NCBI RefSeq assembly: GCF_964355755.1
Contig: NC_092671.1
Span: 24,378,070-24,442,069, forward strand
Direction of reading: 5' to 3'
Source of the DNA: Antedon mediterranea
Taxonomy: Eukaryota; Animalia; Echinodermata
Length of the DNA stretch: 64,000 nucleotides
Every line of letters starts with the position of its first letter. Position 1 is the first letter of the stretch. The position numbers were made by a program, and so were the translations under genes. Below the pieces are notes generated by a model. That model did no database searches, was not told the origin of the DNA, and saw only the letters and a list, made by a program, of their open reading frames with translations. Shown piece after piece: positions 54,501 through 64,000 of this stretch.

Positions 54501-54972
54501 ACGAATGTTGAGCCCTGTGATTATTCGTTATAAAATCGGACTCCAGGAGATTTGGGCAGCTAGGCTTGATTGGGACGACGTGTTTGATGATGAGCAAACA
54601 GCTATGTGGAAGGTTTTTATAAAGGAGATGAATCATCTTTTGGGATTTGAAATTCCACGTCAGCTAACGCCTGAGGATTCTATTGCTTACCCCCAGTTAC
54701 ACTGTTTCAGTGATGCTAGTGAAGCTGCATTTGGTTCTGTCATCTGGCTGCGTTGGGATACCCCAGTAGGAGTTAAATTGACATACGTTATAGCAAAGGC
54801 TCTAGTTGGACCGTTAAAGAAAAGATCAAATATAAGTATTAAGGAAAGGCCTGTACATAAGTTGTGTTTGATTGCAACTGTGGGAGAACTTAAACACGAG
54901 TTTTCTTCTAAACAAGGAATGCTTTTATTATGTAACTACTTGAGTTGTGAACATTTAATTACTGTATTTTAA
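51566..54972 (+). pseudogene. BEL2 gag-pol: Gag with Cys-His knuckles, protease, partial RT, RNase H; integrase absent
   Basis: ATG 51566; frameshift at ~52048; CPFC/CFLC/CSVC knuckles; FFDSGAD; YMDD; HCFSDAS; in-frame deletions at ~54144 and ~54829 relative to BEL1. Confidence 0.9.
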
Positions 54973-55051
54973 TTAAGATTCACTTTGTTGTGGTTATTTT
55001 TCGAAATCCTTTATGTACTGTGACTCATGTCAATTTGTCACGAGGCGGGAG

Positions 55052-55486
55052 TGTTTCGAATTTCGAACTTTGACGTTGGTGGCGTAAAGATTTGTTTTGG
55101 TGGTAAACAGAATTGTCAGCAAGATCACGCTTATTATCTAATAGTAGATACTGTATTTATCTTATTTCCGACAGTGATACGTGGGAGTACTACGTACGTT
55201 TTATAACATTTAAGTTGTGTTAATGTTCTTGACTTTGAATATTAAAATTATTAGTTAGGCTATTTAGTTAAGTGTTTCGATCGGCTAATTGGCCATAAGC
55301 CTGACTAGCCCTCGTGTAGTAGTTTGACTGTATGTATCTGCTACGCTGTATTTTGGGGTTGTTTGCACACGCAGCTGTGCTGCCTTGTGCGTGTTTTCAC
55401 TGAGTTTATTTGTGTTTCAGACTTTACCGAAGAATAAAGAACGGTTAAAGTAACTACCACGAGTTTGTGTATCATTGTCCGGATTA
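55052..55486 (+). repeat. 3' LTR of BEL element 2
   Basis: Follows the PPT and is followed by the TSD gtcat. Confidence 0.93.
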
Positions 55487-56775
55487 GTCATCATATAATA
55501 TTATAATTATATATACAACCAGACATTAACATTTTTTTTAAATAATATTTATTATTTTTTCTGACACTTTCAGGAATCGTTGATGATGCAGAGTTCTTTG
55601 TCTTTGTGACTTCAAACTGAGAGTGAAGTGGATAAAAAGATGACACCGGTACCTACCGACATTGTCATACCCAAACTATAATTTAATTATTTAAAACAAA
55701 ATGTTGAATTACAAATATTTATGTTGAATGCAAACCTACTACACTATACTCTGTAAATTATGTTATTGTCATGTGGTAGACCTTAAAAATTGAATATTTA
55801 TTGTATGTTAGGCCTATTTTATATTTTATTAATACTGTATTAGTTTAATATTACTAATATTATAATTTATATTATACAGTACTAGTTTGTACATGTTTTT
55901 ACCCAAAAAAAATGAATAAATAATTTGTTATTCAATCTAATTGCTTGTTTGTTCATCAATAATAAAACAATTGTAAGCAAGTATATAACAGTTCTTGTTA
56001 GCCGCTTATTTCAGGTCATATTATTAATATTAGCTAGGCCCGACGCGCCCGATCACAACGTCACTAAGTGACTTTCCGCCCCTGGAACAATCGGTCGCTA
56101 ATAGGGCTAGGCCTCGGACTCGTATAAAAGCTATTATAATAGTTATGATAAATATTCCTCAACTAAAATGTATACTGTGATAAATAAACAAGTAATAATA
56201 TACGTTGTATTGGAATGTATTTATTTATATGAATTCTTATACGCGGACAATTATAAACATCGCGTATATCGTTCGATATAAATAAATTCATAAACACGAT
56301 GACGATGTGTTTACAAAATGGCGGTTTCGCTAGTTTTCGATGGAACAAATAGTGGTACCTTTAGTTTGAATAGTCGGAGCTGCATCCCAACCACCGAATT
56401 TTGTATCTTAATATCGTATTCTGTAGATTATTAATTTTTCTAACAGGGATTTTAAATTCAGGACTGTTCAATTTTTCTAAATATTTTATTTTAATGATTT
56501 TCTAGGGTACAATTTCGAAAAAAAGACATTGGTTGATTTTGCCGTTAAATTACAGATTATCGTTTTGTTCAAATACATTTAATTTTACATGACAATATAT
56601 TAAAACCATTTATGAATTTATTTCACTAACAATATTTTTCCGATAATCAGCTAAATTTACAAATATTATGTTTTTCCAACACCCTAAAATTTAGCAATTT
56701 TGAACTAAATTAGAAAAGTAGGGCGCCCTCTCCGAGTCGAAATTTGACACGATTTGTCGACTGGCTGTCTCACTG

Positions 56776-59700
56776 AATATGCGGATGAATTCCCCTATTG
56801 CAAGTAAATCTTCTAAATGCGCAAAGGAAAGATTCGGTTGTTAAAGACTCAACAAGCTCAAGAGAAATTGCTCGGGTAGTCATGCATGTTACGATTAGAA
56901 TACTTCCTTCGACCACAGTGTTGCGTGTAAGTTTAACATTGACATGTCCGAAAAAGTCCATAGCAACGTGTAGGAACGGTAGAATATGAGGTTGACATCT
57001 GAAACTAGGAAGCTCGCCCATCTGTTGTGTAAGCAGCACTCGTCTTCTTGTACGACAAAATATGCATTTTGCTGCAACATCCTTGAATAACTTTGTTCCA
57101 CCCGCAATATAAACTCCTTTCTTGAAAGCATAAGCAATTGCCACTCTGTAACCTTGATGATTCACAGCAAAATGGATGTGTCTCGCAAATGTGTCTGTTA
57201 TTAGTGATCCTCTTCGCAGAAGGACTGGTTGCTTTTGACCCTCTTGGATGGTTAGTTTTCGTAATCTACCTTCTACTCTTATGATGCCTCTCTGATCAAA
57301 CTTAGGGTTCAATTTTTTAATAGTTCTGCTGTTCAATTCTTCATCTTCCCATACTCTTTGACTTAAAAAGAACAGTGAATCTTCTTGTAATTCTTGATTA
57401 GTAGAAAGTTTTGGGGTTTTCCATTGGAGAAACCGTCGACATCTTGCAACAATCGATTTCAGCTGAAACCAATCTGAGGTCCCTTTTAGAAGATGCCTCT
57501 CAAAAGACTCCTGTACTACTACAGCACTTACTTGGTTGACGCTACGAAGAGCTTCTTGAGTATACTCCTTTACAAATACATGCTTGTGAGTAGTGTCGTA
57601 ACTTGGTTCTTGTCGTGGCCATTTTTCTTCTGGCTCGCAGATGAATGCAGGACCTTTGTTCCAATTATGAAGCCCTTCCGGATGAATTGGTTTTGTCAAC
57701 GCATCTGCGGGGTTCATGTTCGAGGGGACATAGTGAAAAATAAATAATTTTATGTAGGAAAAGTTTCTTGAATTTCCTGGACGCGGGCCGAAACAAATGG
57801 TTTGAAGGTTCTAAGTCGGTGACAACGTCCGAAACTATTGCAGCCAGTCGAGTGAGGATGACCACAGCTGTTAACTCGAGTCTGGGTATGGATCGTTTCT
57901 TTAAAGGAGCAACTAGAAATTTTGCCATTACAAATGACAGCTTTATACCATCAGTGGTTTTCCATCTCCACCATATTACTGCTCCCATAGCCAATTCACT
58001 TGCGTCACTAAAGCCATGAAGTTGTGGGTGACCTATCGAATTATGTGGTCGTAATCTACGGGGAACTTCAAATGCAACAAGTTGGTTGATTTCTTGTATG
58101 TACTCCTTCCATTTATGGGTTTGTTCTTCACTAAGTTTTTCGTCCTATCCAAGGCCTGATTCCCACATTTCCTGAAGTCCCATTCTGTAGCGTATGCTGA
58201 CAGGTGCTAATAAACCAAACGGATCTCACAGCTTAGCAACTAAACTTGCAGCCTTTCTTTTAGTAAGTATTACTTGATCCTCACTGACCTTGTCCAGTTG
58301 AATGACCATCATATCTCTTGATTTGTCCCAAAGATGTCCCAATATCCTTGTCTTTAATTCATTAGATTGATCGATGTTCTGGAAATTTGAGTGCCACTCC
58401 TTGATTGTAAATGATCCCTTTTTAAGGATACGCTCTACCTGGTTGATCGTTTTTAAGGCTATTTCTTGGTCTTCAAAAGAGTCCGTAATATCATCCATGT
58501 ACATTCGATTGGTTACACGGATATACCCTTCAGGATCAGTTTGGTTGGATTGCTCAGCTAGTAATTTAACTGCCATAATGGATATATCTGGAGCAGGCTT
58601 ATCTCCAAATGGTAATCTTAGCCATTGAAAATGACTTATGTTGCCGGAACCACCAAGTCGCCACACAAATCTATGATATGCTTGGTCACAAGTAGCGAGA
58701 GCTATCTGGTTAAAAATTTTCTTCACCTCTCCCACAATTGCTACATTTTCCTTCCTAAAATGTAGTAAACATTTAACAAGGGAGTTGAGTAGGTCTGGCC
58801 CCTTGAGGAAGCCATCATTTAAGCATAAACCATTGTACCTAGCGGCAGAGTTCCAGACAATGCGGACCTTGGTTGATTTATGCTCTTGGTAAACTGCATG
58901 ATGTGACAGGTACCACCCTTTGTCCTTATCTTCATCCAGAGTTAGCCTTCTCACAAACCCATTATCAATAAGTTTTTTAATTTCGTCATCATACTCTACC
59001 AGCTTTCCTTTTCTAATTAACATAGCTTCTTGTCGTAGCATGCAAGCTTCTGCCTGGGCACGATTGCACTTCAATATCTCAGGGAATCCTTCTTTCCATG
59101 GCATTTCAAAAGTCATTCTTCCTTCATTGTTTAGACATAATTTTTCTCGGCAATGTTTTATGAACTGAGCTTCTGCAATCTCATTATCGGTACAAGTGCA
59201 AAAAGTAGTCGGTTTAACACCAACAACATCTGAGGTGAAAAGCAGTTGCAGGTCATCCATATGTCAAAGGAAAGTAGCCCTTGATCTTAAATCTCCTATT
59301 GGCTTTGTGACTTGTGTACCAAAGAGTGTCTATCCTAAAAGGCTCTTGGCAGCCGCTGGATGTATTGTTGGGTCATCCGTGGAATACTTTACTTCCATTG
59401 GCATGGTCAGCGAGTGATAATCATATCCTATTAACAAGTCGATCGCTGCTCCCTCATAAGATGTATAATTCTGTGCAACAGCTAAATGCGAGTGTTTTTT
59501 AAAGACATCATTTTCTAGACTTGGACTGTCATGTGCTGGTTTTGTAACACTTGAAGCAATCAGCTTATAGCTTTGCGATCCTCCAAGTGCCTTAATGTCA
59601 ATGTTATATCTGGAACTCTGTTCATTGACTGTTCCTCCACCTGCAACTCCAAAGGTGAAGACAAAAGGATCCCCGTGTAGTCCAAGTTGTTCAGCAGTAG

Positions 59701-61129
59701 CTCTGCGTATTATAGTTGTATCTGCTCCACTGTCAAAGAAAGCAACCACACGTTGCCAGTTACCATGCTGGTCTTTAATCTCTACAAAGGTAGTGGGTGA
59801 GAATCTATGTTTGGTAGACATTGCATTTAGTGTGCTCTCTGAAACTCCTGCCTGTTTTTTTTCGATTTCCTTTTCACGGTTCAGAGGACAGGCTACTAGC
59901 CGATGATTGTATAGATTACACGTTGGGCAACATTTTTTGTCTGCTCTCCTACATCGGATTGCGACATGACCTGTTTTTAGGCAGAAAAAACATCTCTAGC
60001 TGTTTTAATCATGTTTCTCCTCTCTTCGGCGGTACTCCTAGTAAATATTGGGCATCTTATAATTAGGTGAGTATCTTTCTTCGGGCAAAATGGACAGGGG
60101 TCGAAGTTCTCAAATCTGGGTGATGGTGTGAGTGGTTGAGAAAGCGTCGTTCCAGTCTGAGAGGAGTCGTAATTTGGCTGCTCCAATATATGACATGTCT
60201 TGGTTTCTACAAGGCTGCAGGGTTGTTCACGCAGCTCTCTGGCTTCAGTCTCTCGGCGAAGGAAATTAACTAACAGTTGTACTGATTTCTCATCTTCATT
60301 CTGTCTTCTCATAAACTCAAAAAGAGGTTACTTTCAATTTTTGAGCTTATAATTTCAAACATCAGTGAGGTTCTTAGATCATCTTCTTTCCCCAATTCTT
60401 TCATTCTTCTACAAAACTCTGTTATACCATCTAACACTATTCTCATTTCACACGCCGTTGCTGATCTCATTGGTTTTATACTTTGCAAAGCTAAGATAAT
60501 ATCTCGAATAACTGCAGCGTCTGGAACCTTTTCTTTCAGGCGTTGCCATGCACCATTTTCTCCATCGCATGATAGACAGTCAGATATGTGGCTTCTTATC
60601 GTTGATGGAAGGGGGTTGCCATTCAGGAGTATCATCAACTTTTCTTTATCATTTCTGACTTGACAGGATTCAAAATATTGCTCCATTCTTATTTTCCCTG
60701 AATGGAAATTCTTTGGTGTGCCATCCCATTCGGGTGGGGGCAAGCCTGGTAACTTTATTGGGTGCCTGGTGTCACTTGTTCCTAGTTTTTCTGTCAATGC
60801 TTTTATGAGTTGTGTTAGTTCACTTGTGTGAGTTGGGGGTTCTCTTTCTTCTTGAACAATACGTTCAAATTTGTTCTGGAATCTTGCTTCTACATCATCG
60901 ATTGTGTCCTTGAGAGTACCATGGAGACCATTTACTAGTCTCTTCTGATTCTGAATTTACAACGGTCATGTCTTGTTTGAACATCTTGATATGCAATTCA
61001 GATTACATCAGAGTCGTTTCTTGTAATTACTCTGTTAAATATATCAATTGCTCTGGTCAAATGACCCTTCAACGCCTTGTACTTTTCAATTAGGTCATTT
61101 ATACTCATATCACTGAATGGTTCTGCCAT
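56776..61129 (-). pseudogene. BEL1 gag-pol (Gag, PR, RT, RNase H, integrase N-half) with many lesions
   Basis: ORFs 60309-60797, 59977-60312, 59330-59821, 58226-59260, 57665-57994 and 56770-57717 are collinear with BEL2. Confidence 0.9.
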
Positions 61130-61159
61130 CGCAGCTAACTGTAGTTGGTCGTTTTTTAC

Positions 61160-61663
61160 TGATTTGGATATGACAAATAATAAAAGAATGGACTTGGTGT
61201 CTTTACTGCTGTGCTTCTTTATTTTCAGTAGTAAAACCTACAGCATAAAAGTAAACGAACAATCAAAAAACAGAACAGACCGAAAGTCATTAACTACACT
61301 TTTCACAATCGGTTGATATCATGAAACTAATGTTACAATTACATTAGAAACCTAGCTAATAGTAGGCCTAGCCTAGCAATGGCTAGCGAATACGCAATAT
61401 AACATGTCACTGCAAAGTAATATATTTATTCATATGGTTAACTTAAGGCTAGATAATTTAACTCACACAGTCATCCAACAAAAGATGAATTGTCAATTCC
61501 TAAATAAAGTAAAGTAACTTCTGTTTAAAACTATGAATCTTATGTCAACTATTTAACACTGTAAACTTTGTATTTCTCTGAATCTCTCTATTGAACTTTG
61601 ACTTCGTTTTCTAATATATGACACGCAAATCATGCATAAATCTAAACTCCTAATTCCAATTCA
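61160..61663 (-). repeat. 5' LTR of BEL element 1
   Basis: Direct repeat of 48959-49465, ending 30 nt upstream of the gag ATG. Confidence 0.92.
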
Positions 61664-62040
61664 GCTGAGTATGAGGAAACATCTGTAAATTTTATGAATA
61701 TCTGTCTACTTTGCGATTTCAACTTCAAACTGATTCTCCCTTACCTCATTCTCTAAACTCTGTAGTTAGAATTTTTAACTTTTATCAACTTGGTAACTTT
61801 CATACTCGTAGATTTTCTGCTTATTCAAAGTCTGGAAATATCCTTGATCTTCTGTTCACTAATAACCCACTTTCTATTTCAGATATTGTATCTAGTCCTA
61901 GCCTAAACAACTGTGACCATGACTCCATTCTCTTTTCTCTCTCCTGTACTAAACCTTCCAACACTCTGAATCGTACTTTTATCAATGGTCTAAAGTTGAT
62001 GTCCTTTACTTTCACACTACGCTATCCCACATTCCTTGGA
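61664..62040 (+). pseudogene. LINE AP-endonuclease fragment (CR1/L2 group)
   Basis: ICLLCDFN (GDFN motif) and HTRR..GNILDLLFTN..CDHDSILF (SDH motif). Confidence 0.7.
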
Positions 62041-62042
62041 AT

Positions 62043-64000
62043 CTTTTTTTTTTTAATTTTTTTTTTTATTTCATATTTCATGGTACCAAAAACAAGACGC
62101 AGCGGTAACACACACACAAAATAAAAATAAAAATCAAATTCATTGTTCTAAGTAATTTAACAATGGAAAACAATTTATGGTAAATAAAGATAATAAAGAT
62201 ATATAAAGATATATTAAGTTGTCCCTATTGAACAGTTTGGTGATTAATCAACATTAAAAATACAAGAAGGCTATAAATTGCATAAATCTTCATTTTTCAT
62301 GTTTTTTTGGGGAGTAAAAACATCTTTAATAAGTTTGATTTCAGTTTTAAAAAAAAACCATAAATACACAACTTTCATAATTCAATACACTACATACACA
62401 ATACCCAAATGTGAATATGTATAAACAAATAAAGCGATCAGATTTCGATCAGAATTGCCTAACATTTGTTTTCTAACTACCTATTTTGTCCGATATGTAA
62501 CCACTTTTTCAAGTGCATATCTATTTTATCATTTTTTTATGCAATATGCCATTCCATGTTTTGGAGATATTTTAGTTCGACTAGGAAGTATTTTAGTGTG
62601 ACTGCTATATTTCTCCATTTACATCTATAAATATAGTATTTTCCAATAAAAATAATGAAATTTATTACAGAATCTTTTGGAAAACCCAATAATATATGTT
62701 TTGCATTAAATACTATTTTCATATTTCTATTGTTCAACCAGAATTGGACGTCTTTCCAAAATGATATTACTTTTTTGCATTTCCAAAAAAGATGTTGCAA
62801 ACACTCCGGCTCTTCCTTACGTATCGCATAATTCAGAATCTTTAATTAATTAATATTTTGTACTGAAAATATCTCAGTCTTGTGTCTATTGTACTTTTGT
62901 ATGTTAAGTTATATAACACCTCCCAGTCGGCTATATGTCCAAAATCGTTTTCCCATTTGATACAGGTATGCGGAAGAACACTAATGCGATTAAGTATTAA
63001 GCTATATGCAAGTTTTGTTCCTAATTTTAAATTCGATGCTATAATTACTTCACTTTTTTGTTTTAACATTATATCATAGTTCTTAGATTGCATGGTACCT
63101 CTCCATATTTTAGGAATAGCTACTATTAAACTATGGAATGTCAAAAAAATCCACACCTGTATCATATTTAATAGGAAACTGTTCATAAGACAGCATACTT
63201 CCGTTATCATTAAGCAAATCTTTAACTACTGTTATACCACTATCATATAGCATTTTATAAAAAAAACGGTTCACCTTGTATTGTAATATGACTGTTATAC
63301 CATAATATTATTTCATTGTGGAACGTTACAACCTCATTTATTTGCTTAAAATTAACAGAGTGCCAACATTTAATTACTTGAGATAAAAACAAATTGTCAG
63401 TTATTCTATTGAGAATTGAGTCATTATGTGCTATATTACAATACCAAATCAAATTACCCCAGCCGGGTGTAAAAACTCCCGCCATATGCCTTTCCAGCGA
63501 CCCCGGTTGTCTTCATCTAGAAATCGTTTTACCCATGATACTTTCTGTGCGTAGCAAAACGACTCTACATGGACCATTTTAAGTCCCCCCTTTTCTATTG
63601 TGTTTATAATTAGTTTTCTCTTTATTTTATCCGGTTTGCGATTCCCAATGAAAGAGTACAGAATTTTATCTAATGTTTTAAAAAATGATAGAGGTGGATT
63701 GGTTATCACAGTAAACAAGAAAGTAAGCATGGGCACTATTAGAGTCTTGATTATCGTTATCTTGCCAATTGGGGTGAGGTTTCTTGCTGACCAAATGTTA
63801 GTAAGCGTTTTAATTTTGTCAAGTTGAGGTAATAGGTTCAGAGTAAACAGATCCGAAGGATCGAGTGTAAATTTTACTCCGAGTAACCGTATCGGACCTT
63901 TTATCCAAGTAAGTTTTTTTAATTTGTTATCCTCTTCAAATTTATTTAGTATATGTTTTCCGATCCTATACACATCACTTGTGTTTTATCTTGATTTATT
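62043..64000 (-). mobile_element. L1/Tx1-clade LINE, 3' portion of ORF2, 3' UTR and poly(A) tail
   Basis: IRLLGV..NLTPIGKITIIKTLIVP..KPDKIKR..GGLKM; LRYFQYKIL; QHLFWKCKKVISFW zinc finger; AATAAA and A-tail at 62043-62071. Confidence 0.88.

Larger units (their letters stand above)
51110..55486 (+). mobile_element. BEL/Pao LTR retrotransposon 2 (young, internally deleted)
   Basis: 435-bp LTRs differing at about one position; 5-bp TSD gtcat; PPT gaggcgggag. Confidence 0.95.
50262..56775. mobile_element. Non-autonomous DNA transposon (~2.1 kb without its insert) inside BEL1 integrase
   Basis: Ends cagtgggaaagcca..tggctgtctcactg; 4-bp TSD aata; removal restores the integrase frame IHPHIVFSDRG. 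Confidence 0.85.
48959..61663 (-). mobile_element. BEL/Pao LTR retrotransposon 1 (older, frameshifted, carries nested insertions)
   Basis: LTRs 48959-49465 and 61160-61663 (TG..CA); PPT-like aggcaggag; gag ATG 61129; protease FDSGA; RT YMDD; RNase H HGFSDAS; integrase and DUF5641-type C-terminus. Confidence 0.93.

Overview
AT-rich animal genomic DNA, most likely an echinoderm (inferred from the neuropeptide found). One host gene, not assembled by the ORF track, spans 25 kb on the minus strand in three coding exons (35589-35744, 24371-24485, 10604-10719). It encodes a 128-aa secreted somatostatin/allatostatin-C-type (SS1) precursor whose mature region is ..RRKGCVGRFGPLVSKCYNNRS. Much of the rest is recognisable transposable-element material: a decayed Gypsy element fused tail-to-tail to a BEL gag fragment; a triple nest (older BEL/Pao > non-autonomous DNA transposon > young deleted BEL/Pao); CR1/L2-type and L1/Tx1 LINE remnants; a tRNA-derived SINE; hAT, hAT5-like, Kolobok-, MULE-, Harbinger-, EnSpm- and Helentron-like non-autonomous elements; and minisatellites. 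The most novel signal is in the two BEL elements. Both lack a tRNA primer-binding site, but each LTR holds a ~228-nt GT-AG intron-like segment whose spliced junction is complementary to the sequence just after the 5' LTR, suggesting splicing-dependent self-priming. All alignments and counts were done by eye.
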